From the NCBI GenBank assembly GCA_964016885.1, contig OZ024741.1, forward strand, positions 155,062,001 to 155,126,000: a DNA stretch of 64,000 nt. Direction: 5' to 3'. The notes beneath the pieces are model-generated. The model was not told where the DNA came from and searched no databases. It was given only the letters and a program-made list of their open reading frames with translations. Source of the stretch: Eledone cirrhosa. Lineage: Eukaryota. Shown here in pieces: positions 25,205 through 37,309 of this stretch (position 1 is the first letter of the stretch; each line of letters opens with the position of its first letter). The translations under genes and the position numbers were made by a program.

Positions 25205-26900
25205 GATATCATCATTTCACATCCGCTTTTCCCTGCAAGGGTGGGACGGGTTTTATTCAGCACAGCATCTCTCCACTTGTCACGGTCCTTTGTCATCTCC
25301 ACCGTGAGCTTCAGCGATCTGAGGTCTGTTCTCACCACCTCCGCCCATGTTTTTCATGGTCTACCTTTACCACATCTTTCTTCACCCATCGGTCATCCTC
25401 CATGCGCATCACATCTCCATACCACCTGTCTCCTCTCTCACACATTACATTCTATCCCTCTCAACACACTCATGCTGGGTCATTCACACACACTGAGATT
25501 GCACATCCAACGGAGCATGCTTGTCTCATTTCTCTCCAGTTGTTGCCCATGTCTCATCACTACCATGCAGCATCGCGCTCCTCACACATCAATCATATAA
25601 CCTGCCTTTCATACGCAGGGAGAAACCCTTCATCAGCAGCTCCCTAAACTTCTTCCAACCATCCTTATTCTAGATACTATGGCCTCGGAACACCCCCCCC
25701 CCTCCCATGCTAATCTGATCTCTTAGGTACCGGAAGCTATCCACCACTTCTATAGCACCAGCCTGCATTTGAAAAATGTGTCTATCAATGCGACTTCTAC
25801 TGTCTATTTCCCTGTACATCTACTGCATACGTATTTCTCCCTACCTGTTAGTTTGCCTGCTATCCCGCTACATCTCCTGTGTACCTAGGATCTGCATTGT
25901 GTGCATTTTATAGAATTTATGCCAGTTCCTTTTCTGCATATCGAACATGGCCATTTCCCTGACGGAATCAGAGTTTTGTCCTCTTTTCTACTCATCAACA
26001 CTTTTGTCTTAGCTAGGTTCACTCTCAGTCCTCTTGCTTCCAACTGCTGTTTCCATAGCCAGAATTTATTCTCTAGCTCCTCTACTGATTCTGCTATAAG
26101 AACCAGATCGTCAGCATAGAGAGGTTCCCATGGACAGCCAGTCTTAAACTCTCTGTTATCGCTTGGATGACTATAATGAACAAGAGCAGGCTGAGGACCG
26201 AACCTTGATGTACACCTACTTGTATCTAGAATTCCTCACTAAACTCCATTCCTACGCTGACTTTACTGACAGCACCTCTGTACAAAGTTTGCACTGTCCT
26301 CACAAGCCATTCCTCAACACTTAGTTTCCTTAGGGACCACCAGATGACAGATCGGAGAACCCTATCAAAGGCCTTCTCTAGGTCAACAAAGGCTAAGTAT
26401 AGTGGCTTATTTTTCTCTAAGAACCTCTCTTGCAATTGTCTCACCAAGAAGAGGGCATCTGTTGTACTCTTCCCAGGCACAAAACCAAACTGCATCTCAT
26501 CTAGTTTGACCCTTTCTCTAATTAGTTGTGCTAATATCCTTTCTGCCACTTTCATAACCTGGACCATCAATTTTATACCCCTATAATTGCTCCTCTCCAG
26601 AACATCCCCTTCACCTTTGTAGCAATTTATGAGAATACTGCTGCACCAGTCTTTGGGTATGTCACCACCATATATAGCCTGATTGATGATGCGTGCAACC
26701 AGTTTAGTGCCTACGTTCCCTGATGCCTTCAGCATCTCAGCAACTATCCCCGATGGTCCAGCAGCCTTACCATTTTTCATTTCCTTAATCGCCTCTTGGA
26801 CCCTATATTTGTCAATCTCAATAGCTGGTCCCTCTGTCGGATCTACTGAGGGTAATTTCTCTCTCTCCCATTCGTTCTCCACATTCATCAGTCTCTCATA
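25205..26900 (-). mobile_element. RTE-clade LINE fragment (RT region to 3' tail)
   Basis: KAAGPSGI..NYRGIKL..QFGFVPGKSTTDALF..AFVDLEKAFDRV; frameshifted downstream. Confidence 0.9.
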
Positions 26901-27793
26901 ATGACATTTCCAGGCCTCCTTATATATATATTTTTTTCGTTTTTTAGCACTAGACCCTATCCACCTCTATATACCATGTTATCAGACCTCAACCACCTGT
27001 ATAAATTTTACCTCTTGATCCCATTGGTAAGAATATATAGAAATCTTTCTTTATACTTCTCCTTCAGCCACATATTCCTGAGGGTCGTTGGGGCAACAGT
27101 CTCCAACTGTATCCCAAGTATGACCAGCCAAGCTCATGGATGTTATCCAACCATCTTGCTCGGGGTAAATCCCTGGGACTCTTGCTGGTTGGTTTTGCCC
27201 ATAAAATCTATCCAGCAATTCTTTCCTGAGACATTCCTACCACATGCCCATAGTATTAGAGCTGTGATCTCTCATTTCGGAGAAGTAACAGCTCTATCTG
27301 GAGTGCCTCTGATCTCCGAGCTAAGCCATTTATCAAGTAACGTTACTCCAAAGAGCCTTCAGAGGAATCCCATTTTGGCCGCTTGTATTCACAATCGTAT
27401 TCTTTTGGTCATTACCCAAGATTTATTAATCGATAAAATTTGGCTGACATTTTGAGGTACTTTCTTGGCATGAGAGTGTGTGCTTTATTTTGACAATTTA
27501 ATTTATATATTTATTACAGATTAATCAGCATTGCCCTATATATATTTATTTGGTTAATTTAAGAAGCATTGGCAACATTTGAAATGATGTGAGCTTTTGG
27601 GAAAGTTGCCACCATGCAGATAACTATAAATAATAGTTAAATAATTTGGGTAAAGTAGCTTTGGAGCAGGAAGAATGTGGACAGAAATGCCTGTGAGGAA
27701 ATGAACTATGTAAATGTACTCATCTCCAAGGGCACATTACCTGATTTATACAACTGCTGTTATTTAGTTATCTGCATTTTGGTTGCTTCACCA

Positions 27794-27842
<49 letters not shown>

Positions 27843-28989
27843 CATATAAATATAGAGAATTGCAAGTAAAATGAATTCACTATAACTGTGGCGATATAAA
27901 AATTAACACGATCGACAAAAGCACTTTATACAATTCTTCAAGATTAACATGTCATATAAAAATATTGTAAATTTGAGTATATGTCCATATCTTAGTGTAT
28001 GTGAGTATGCATGCATACAAACAAATTTATGTGTCTATGGTCCATGTGTAATGTATACAAACAGATATGCAGTGCTGGGTAGAAAACCCATAAATTATGC
28101 ATAAGTGTTCAGTGTTGTCCAAGGTGTAATTACTGGTATAACTCCCCATTGATTCCCTCATGTTACAGACATGAGTCTGTGAAAAGCGTAGTGATAATGA
28201 TAACTATTTTTATCATTATTATCATTGTTAAGGGCTCACACATATAAACATAAATAGGCCTTACAATACATGTGAGGGCTGGACAAAGTTATATAAAACG
28301 AGGGTAAGAGAAACGTTTTGTCTGTTGTTACTGTTCACACCTATGCAGGTATGACTAGCCCCCCCTACAAGGTTGCATCTTAACGGTTTCTGGAGTATTT
28401 TAATGCTTGGGGCTCCACCAGTCTTACTATGAAAAAAAATCACCCCTTGATCATATGCCTATTATGAGGCCCACATGGCCCAACCCTGCTTTAGCAAAGA
28501 AAATGGCTTTATACAGTAGTTGTTGTGTTGTATTATTATTACAACAAGCCTTTGAGGGAACTTATATTTGGTCATCCACAACAGCCAATGATACCAAAGG
28601 AGTTCGAATTTCTTTTGAAGCATTAATAAAGATGGCTGGTTTAGCTTTAGTCATGTGCCTTCCTGTATCCAGCACAATATATTCTTTGTTATCAGCAATC
28701 TGCAAGTAAATAAATGGTTAAAATCAATGAAAGAAGCAAGCAAACACTATTTTAGAGGAATATCGTCAAAATGCACCTAGTCCACTCTGTAAAGTGGTAA
28801 TACTGGTGCCTCAATAAAATGCACCCAGTGCACTCTGTAAAGTAGCAGTGAGTTTCTTTCTTTTCATGATAATGCGTGGTCAGAAAATGAAGACACTAAA
28901 AGAGATAAATAAGAAGAAACCTACCTCTAATGATGTCTTTAAGATTTCATTGATGAAAGAGGTTTACTATTAACAGGGTTGTTGTGTTC

Positions 28990-29027
28990 CTATTCATCCT
29001 TCATAGGAGATGTTACTGCTGTCGGGG
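28990..29027 (-). CDS. TTK: TTK probable terminal coding exon (APTAVTSPMKDE*)
   Basis: Acceptor tttcAG at 29028-29029; phase 1 matches the previous exon; stop TAG at 28992-28990. C-terminus is ambiguous (see findings). Confidence 0.45.
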
Positions 29028-29607
29028 CTGAAATTATTGCAACAAAGTTTTAAACTACCATGAAGTTATAATCATCTCTTAACATCTTATAGTAATTCAG
29101 CAGAAAATATCCAAAAACAGGTTTGATAAGTCAAATAGTTATAGTATCTTTACTAGCAAACAGAATTTGCAGTGTTAGAGTCATCATCATGTTTTACGTC
29201 TGTTCTTCCACGCTAGCATGGGTTAGACGGGTTGTCCTGTTGTGGGCAGTGTCTGGTCGGCTGACCATGCCTTGCTCATACAGGAACTGATTTGGCTTGA
29301 TTTCTACAGCTGGATGCCCTTCCTAACACCAACCTCATTTACAGTGAGTGCTGGGTGCTTTTTCATGGCACCTACAGAGTAAAGATATTAATTTCTAATG
29401 TGACACACAGTGCTGTTTTATACTTTTTGGAACTTCTATGTTTTTGGGCTTTCATGTGGTTTATTAATTCAAATGTTTACAGTATATTTCCTATTGAACA
29501 GCTTGTGAAAATTCGCAGTAAACTAAAGGTGCAGTTTGCAGCAGTTTCAGGTGGTTTAGTAAGAAAAGTGATAAAGGCTAGATAGAATTCTAAAGACTGT
29601 TACATAC

Positions 29608-29689
29608 CTATAGTCATCTCACTGAGGTAGGGGTGCCGTAGAAGCTCTTCAATACTTGATCTCTTCTCAGGATCCCTGCATAGACAACA
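29608..29689 (-). CDS. TTK: TTK exon, kinase subdomain XI
   Basis: CCLCRDPEKRSSIEELLRHPYLSEMTI; AG/GT flanks; 82 nt. Confidence 0.92.
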
Positions 29690-29800
29690 CTGCAGAAGAA
29701 ACAGAGCAAAATATATATATATGTGTATATGTGTGTGTATACACACACACACACACATCCACAAACAATGGATTGTTCAATGTAATGTAATGAAACAAAC

Positions 29801-29977
29801 CTTCATTGTGTCCAAGAGTTCTTTATTTCGGACATAAGAGAATTTGATAGTAAACTTCTCACTCCGTATTGCTGACATCTTCTCTGATGTTTTCCGAATC
29901 TCCTGGAATGGTGTTTTACCGTACACCATACAGTAGAGGATGCAGCCAAGAGACCAGACATCACTCTTTAACCCTAT
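29801..29977 (-). CDS. TTK: TTK exon, kinase subdomains IX-X
   Basis: IGLKSDVWSLGCILYCMVYGKTPFQ...LLDTMK; 177 nt, phase 0/0. Confidence 0.95.
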
Positions 29978-30011
29978 CTGAAATACAATATATATATATA
30001 TACATATAATA

Positions 30012-30470
30012 ATTGTTTCTACTTTTGGCACAAGGCCGGCAATTACCCAGTGGATTACTGGTACTTTATTTTATCAACCCCGTAAGGATGAAAGGCAAAG
30101 TTAACTTCGGCGGGATTTGAACTCAGAATGGCAAGGGCCGTAACTATGCGTCAAAGCATGGCGTCCGATCCTATACCGATACTGCCAATCCAATAAAAGC
30201 TAAAAACAGATTATATGACCAAGATGTGGTCACTCAACCTATCTAGCCTCATAATGTGACAGCATGGAAATAAATGTTAAACAGTGAATAATAATTGTTT
30301 CTACTTTAGGCACAAGGCCAGCAATTACCCAGTGCATTACTGGTACTTTATTTTCTCGACCCCGTAAGGATGAAAGGCAAAGTAAACCTCGGAGGGATTT
30401 GAACTAAGACCGTAAAGGGACGTAACTATGCTGGAAAGCATGGCGTCCGACTCTCTACCGATACTGCCAA
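30012..30470 (-). mobile_element. Two SINE family 1 copies (~30012-30192 and ~30293-30470)
   Basis: Reverse complements of 17081-17266. Confidence 0.85.
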
Positions 30471-30526
30471 AATAATATATATTTACTGTCGTGTATCACA
30501 TTAGCAAGACACTCAACAATATTTAA

Positions 30527-30735
30527 CCCTTTAGCATTTACATTACTCTATATATATACTATTATATTTTCATGGTAAAGGCTTTACCTCGCATAATTAT
30601 CTCACATATCGAATCGATGAGATTTTGAAAGTATTTATTTTGAGAACAATACCTTAACATCAGTTTGAGCAACCGGTTACAGCCAGTTTCAGCAGAAAGA
30701 AGTAGGGAATTCTGGCCGGTTTGAACATTAAAGGG
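30527..30735. mobile_element. piggyBac-like MITE
   Basis: TTAA-CCCTTTAGCATTTA ... AAAGGG-TTAA; TTAA TSD at 30523-30526 and 30736-30739. Confidence 0.8.
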
Positions 30736-30857
30736 TTAACGTCTCTTTTCCCTGCTTGTCACAGGTTAAATCAGAACTATAGTTAGGTAGTTTGGTATTT
30801 CATTTGATATTACACAATATACATTATAGTTGGGTATATTGATATTTCATGTGTTAT

Positions 30858-32856
30858 ATCAAAGATATGAAGACGGGTAAGGCGGCTGGGCCTTCGGAAA
30901 TAGTTGCTGAAATGCTGAAAGCTTCTGGAACGGTGGGACACACCATGGTCACCCGGATAGTAAACCAAGTCGTACAGAATGAGGTTGTTCTGAAGGACTG
31001 GCGTAGCAGCATCATCATCATTAACTGCTACGAGGGTAAAGGAGATGCCCTAGATAGGGGTAACTATAGAGGCATTAAATTAATCGACCAGGTCATGAAG
31101 GTCACAGAAAAAGTAATAGCGCAACTAATCAGAGAGCGAATTGATCTAGATGAAATGCAGTTCGGGTCTGTGTCAGGTAAAAGTACCACAGACGCTCTTT
31201 TCATTGTACGACAACTACAGGAGAAGTACCTAGCTAAAAGTAAACACCTATACTTAGCTTTTGTCGACTTGGAGAAAGCCTTTGACAGAGTCCCCCGTTC
31301 CATTATCTGGTGGGCCCTTAGAAAACTAGGTGTTGATGAATGGCTTGTGAGAGCTATACAAGCCATGTATAAAGAAACAGTCAGCAAGGTTAGAATTAAC
31401 AACGAATATAGTGAAGAGTTTAGCGTAAAAGCTGGTGTTCATCAGGGCTCCGTTCTTAGCCCCCTACTATTTATTATTGCCCTTCAGGCTATAACAGTGG
31501 AGTTCAAGACCGGCTGCCCATGGGAACTCCTATACGCAGATGATCTAACGCTCATAGCTGAATCAATGGCTGAACTAGAGAAGAAATTCCAAACATGGAA
31601 GCATGGCCTAGAATCAAAAGGCCTTAAAATTAACCTGGCTAAGACTAAAGTTCTAGTTTGTAGGAAAGAAAATAGGGCACCGGATCCATCTGGGAAATGG
31701 CCATGCTCAGTGTGTAGGAAAGGAGTAAGTAGAAACTCAATTTTATGTCCCAAATGCAAAGTATGGATGCATAAAAGATGTAGTGGGATCACAGGTAAGC
31801 TAACTAAGAACATAGATTTTATATGTGGCCGGTGTTCTGGTGCAATAAGTAGCAGCAAGTGCCCACAGAATACTAGCTCATTCCATTGTACAGATGGTTC
31901 TATAGAAATAGTGGACACCTTCAGTTACTTGGGTGACAAAATCAGCAGTGGTGGAGGGTGCTCTGAAAGTACAGTAGCTAGAGTCAGAACCGGATGGAAA
32001 AAGTTCAGAGAGCTTATACCACTATTAGCCGCTAAAGGGTTCTCTCTAAAAATGAAAGGCAGGCTGTATGATGCCTGCATACGAACAGCAATGTTACATG
32101 GCAGTGAGACCTAGGCATTGTGTGCAGAGGATATATGCAGACTGGAGAGGAACGAAGCTTGCATGCTCCGCTGGATGTGTAATAGTAATATACGTGAACG
32201 GCAAAGCATAAATGAACTAAGTGAGAAATTAGGAATAAGAGGGATCAGCTGCTGTTTATTCGAGAGAAGACTACGTTGGTATGGTCACGTGATGCACATG
32301 AAAGACAGCTGTATAAAAAAGTGCAGGGCAATAAAAATAGACGGTAGCCACGGAGTAGGCAGACCCAGAAAAACCTGGGACGACTTGATAAATTCCGACC
32401 TCACACACTTACACCTCTCCAAGACAATATCACTGGACCGTGATCTTTGGCGCTACACAGTAATACAGAAGACCCGCCTTACCTAAGTACAAAGTGAAAC
32501 CTACTACAGTCAGTAGGCACCTCTAACAAAAATACACCTCCTTCCCACTACCCCCACCCCTTTCAATGTAAAGTTATGTTGGTACCACAACATCCAGTCC
32601 GAAATAAATGAGGTCGTGTAGGTGTCACGACAAAAAAACACAGTCCACGCTGTAATGTGGCCGTGTAGGTAACACGGTAAAAACCTCCCAGTCCACACTG
32701 TAAACGTGGTTGGTGTGAGGAAGGGCATCCAGCCGTAGAAAACCCGCCAGACAGTCCTATACGAGCAGGACAACAAATCTTGCCTCAAGAGGGAAAACTC
32801 CCGTCCAAACCCATGCAAGCGTGGAAGATGGACATTAAACGATAATGATGATGATG
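30858..32856 (+). mobile_element. 5'-truncated RTE LINE (RT + PHD finger + 3' UTR), young copy
   Basis: ORFs 30849-32114 and 32118-32486 are one frame broken by a single TAG; motifs FVDLEKAFD, HQGSVLSPLLF, LYADD; (gat)n tail. Confidence 0.95.
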
Positions 32857-34660
32857 ATATATACACAATATACACTATAGTTGGGTAGTTTTGTATTTCA
32901 TTTGATATATATACACAAAGTAGATTATAGTGGGGTATATTGGCTTTTCCTTTGACATTACACAATATACACTATAGTTGGGTATATTGGTATTTCATGT
33001 GATATATATACACAATATACACTATAGTTGGGTATATTGGTATTTCATGTAATATATAAACACAATATACACTATAGTTGGGTATATTGGTATTTCATTT
33101 GATATATATATACAATATACACTATAGTTGGGTATATTGGTATTTCATGTCATATATATACACAATATACACTATATTTGGGTATATTGGTATTTCATGT
33201 GATATATATATACACAATATACACTATATTTGGGTATATTGGTATTTCATGTGATATATATACACAATATACACTATATTTGGGTATATTGGTATTTCAT
33301 GTGATATATATATACACAATATACACTATATTTGGGTATATTGGTATTTCATGTGATATATATACACAATATACACTATAGTTGGGTATATTGGTATTTC
33401 ATGTAATATATATACAATATACACTATAGTTGGGTATATTGGTATTTCATGTGATATATATATAATATACACTATAGTGGGGTATATTGGTATTTCATGT
33501 GATATATATACACAATATACACTATAGTTGGGTATATTGGTATTTCATGTAATATATATACACAATATACACTATAGTTGGGTATATTGGTATTTCATGT
33601 AATATATATACAATATACACTATAGTTGGGTATATTGGTATTTCATGTGATATATATATAATATACACTATAGTTGGGTATATTGGTATTTCATGTGATA
33701 TATATACACAATGTACACTACAGTTGGGTATATTGGTATTTCATGTGATATATATACACAATATACACTATAGTTGGGTATATTGGCATTTCATGTGATA
33801 TATACACAATATACACTATAGTTGGGTATATTGGTATTTCATTTGATATATATATACAATATACACTATAGTTGGGTATATTGGTATTTCATGTGATATA
33901 TACACAATATACACTATAGTTGGGTATATTAGTATTTCATGTGATATATACACAATATACACTATAGTTGGGTATATTGGTATTTCATGTGATATATATA
34001 CAATATAATTATAGTGGGGTATATTGGTATTTCATGTAATATATATATACAATATACACTATAGTTGGGTATATTGGTATTTCATGTCATATATATACAC
34101 AATATACACTATAGTTGGGTATATTGGTATTTCATGTGATATATACACAATATACACTATAGTTGGGTATATTGGTATTTCATGTGATATATACACAATA
34201 TACACTATAGTTAGGTATATTAGTATTTCATGTGATATATATACACAATATACACTATAGTTAGGTATATTGGTATTTCATGTGATATATACACAATATA
34301 CACTATAGTTAGGTAGTTTGGTATTTCATGTGATATATACACAATATACACTATAGTTGGGTATATTGGTATTTAATTTGATATATATACTATAGTGGGG
34401 TATATTTGATATATAACCTGTCTAACCCACGATAGTGTGGAAGGTGGACGTTAAGCAACGATGATAATTAAACACAATGTACACTAGGGTAGACTGGCAT
34501 TTTATTTGATATATATACAATGTACAACTACAGTGAGGTATATTGATATTTGATTTGATATCTATACACAATGTACACTATAGTTGGATATACCAGTATT
34601 CAATTTGATATGTATATATATTACATATACACATAATATACTCTATAGTTGGGTATATTG
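32857..34660. repeat. Minisatellite, ~50-bp unit, ~30 copies
   Basis: Unit acacaatatacactatagttgggtatattggtatttcatgtgatatat with variable TA length; further units at 30775-30857. Confidence 0.95.
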
Positions 34661-35045
34661 GTATAACACCCAGCCCACATTGTAAAGTGGACGTGTAAAA
34701 GACACGGCAAAAAGCATCCATCACACAGTCAAAACCAGCAAGAAACTCTCCTATATAAGCAAAACACTATCACCTGACCCAATTTGCCTCTAAATGGGAC
34801 ACACTCATGCTAGCCTGGAAGATAGACATTAACCGATGATGATGATATATACGCACAATGTTCACTATACTTTCCCCGATTTGAATTCCTCCCCTGGGAA
34901 CCAAGCACCTCCTGTTTGAGAATCAGGCATACCCATTAGTATCTCATACCTGTTTTACTCAATTTCACATTAAGGATCTTGCAAAACAAACACAAAATTG
35001 AAATAAAAGAACAGATATTTACAAAAACAACAACAAAAGTCTTAC

Positions 35046-35239
35046 TTTGTGTTTACTTGAGTTAACCATGAAGACAGAAATTGCTTCTGGACTCATATAG
35101 TCAGGTGTCCCCATTAGTATTTCCCGATTTATACCTGTTTTACCTGTCTGTATTACATCAGCAATACCAAAGTCAATTAACTTCAAACAACCTCCGACAA
35201 CCATGAAGTTGGCTGGTTTCAAGTCAGAATGGACAATAC
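35046..35239 (-). CDS. TTK: TTK exon: catalytic loop, DFG and activation segment
   Basis: [32 protein letters not shown]; HSDLKPANF is the Mps1 signature; 194 nt. Confidence 0.97.
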
Positions 35240-35919
35240 CTATAAATAAGGGAAATAAAGATTTTAAAATAATTTAGCAGATGACTTAAGAAACAGGAAG
35301 AATTTGAAATGTATGAATCAATGCAAATAACTATAGTGGTCGATTATTATTATAATCATTTGCTTTAGGACACACACATTTCAACTTAAAAAATAAAATA
35401 AAAAAAACATTGTTTTTAATTGGTCATTAAAAACGTTTTATTACAAGAGAGAGAAATCTAGCTGGAAATGTACTTTTTCTTATATAAAGGTGTAATTACA
35501 ATAGTCCTTTATTCTTTTACTCATTTCAATTATTAAACTGCAGCCATGCTGGGACACTGACATCATGTGCTTGATCATATTGACCCCACTATTTATTTTA
35601 TCAAGTCTGGTACTTGTCTCATCAATCCATTTAAAAAAAAATCAAACTGATAAGTTATGGGACGTAAGAAACAGACAAACCGATGTAAACAGTCACACAC
35701 ACATACAATGGACCTATGTAGTTTCTGTCTCCCAAATTCTACTCACAATGCATTGGTAAACCCAAGGCTATAGTAGAAGACACTTGCTTTTAATGTGATG
35801 CATAGGGAGTGAACCACCAACCACCCCTCACTCTCTGACTAAATTGCAAGAAATAGAAAAAAACACAACACCGAAATATGTAAAAGTTGTGAGGCCATGA
35901 AATATTTTAACTACAATAC

Positions 35920-36240
35920 ACCCCCGTCCCACTACCCCCCCCTTTCAATGTAAAGTTATGTTGGTACCACAACATCCAGTCCTAAACAAATGAGGTCGTG
36001 TAGGTGTCACAACAAAAAAACACAGTCCACGCTGTAATGTGGCTGTGTAGGTAACACGGTAAAAACCTCCCAGTCCACACTGTAAACGTGGTTGGTGTTA
36101 GGAAGGGCATCCAGCCGTAGAAAACCCGCCGGACAGTCCTATGCGAGCAAGACAACCAATCTTGCCTCAAGTGGGAAAATTCCCGTCCAAACCCATGCAA
36201 GCGTGGAAGATGGACGTTAAACAATGATGATGATGATGAA
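35920..36240 (+). mobile_element. Solo RTE 3'-UTR copy
   Basis: Nearly identical to 32545-32856. Confidence 0.85.
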
Positions 36241-36795
36241 TCCCAACCAAAATGTCAGTGTAACACAAATCTTAACAGTTTTATTGAATGATGAAATTAT
36301 TAAGTACTAGTGACTCCTTCAGTAATGACTGACCATGGGTTTGCATCTGGAAACTTACTCTCCTAGAGGCAAGCTTGGGAAGGGTGTTTTGTGGAAGACC
36401 ACTAGTTACCCATACATGCAAGTCTCCCATTTCCACGTCACCGATATCTAAAGGAAAAGCAAAGTCCAATACAGCTTAAAACCAATGCTATTGCAACTCG
36501 TACACTATAAATGCACTAAATATATACAATATATACTAGTATATGATGTTCAAAAAAAAGGAAAAGGCAAAACCCGATATAACCTGGTACCAATGTCACA
36601 ACTACTCATTTTTGCCAACTGAGTGGACTGAAGTAACATGAAATAAAGTGTCTTGCTCAAGGACATAATGAGCTGCCCAGTCTGGGAATCAAACTCATGA
36701 CTTTATAATCATGAGCCCAACACCTTAATCATTAAAACATGTACCATCAAAGTTTACCCTAACACCCCAATAAACATACTTGAATGACACAGTAC

Positions 36796-36962
36796 CTTCT
36801 TTATGAAGTACCAAAACAGCTTCCAACATCTGTGCCCAATAACACATAACTATCATCTGTGTAATCTTCTCGGTCTTGTACTGGCTACGGAACAGACTAG
36901 CCAGGTCGATGGAACCAAACTCCAACACCAAGTTTAAACAGTTATTCCGATCATCAAGTTCA
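36796..36962 (-). CDS. TTK: TTK exon, hinge region
   Basis: ELDDRNNCLNLVLEFGSIDLAS..YWAQMLEAVLVLHKEG; 167 nt. Confidence 0.95.
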
Positions 36963-37049
36963 CTAGAAAATATGGACATACAACATTAATCTCCCTTACA
37001 ATATTCATGTAACAGACCTAAAGGAGTCATTGTCGTCATTATTTAACAT

Positions 37050-37233
37050 GGCGGTGGATTGGCAGTATCGGTAGAGGGTCGGACGCCATGCTTTCCAGCA
37101 TAGTTACGTCCCTTTACGATCTGAGTTCAAATCCCGCCGAGGTTGACTTTGCCTTTCATCCTTACGGGGTCGATAAAATAAAGTACCAGTAATGCACTGG
37201 GTGATTGCTGGCCTTGTGCCTAAAGTAGAAACA
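37050..37233 (+). mobile_element. SINE family 1
   Basis: 13-bp TSD attatttaacatg at 37038-37050 and 37234-37246. Confidence 0.9.
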
Positions 37234-37309
37234 ATTATTTAACATGTTTTCCTTGCTAGCAAGGACTAAACATATAACATTAATCTCATATAATCAGATT
37301 ATCATTATC

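Noticed and set aside
32112-32114. Single TAG (from TGG) in an otherwise open RTE ORF, potentially repairable by A-to-I editing
   Set aside because: The copy lacks the endonuclease and 5' end and is antisense to TTK; simple G>A decay explains it.
32857-34660. Possible CRISPR or coding repeat
   Set aside because: Head-to-tail minisatellite without spacers; its ORFs are repeat translations.
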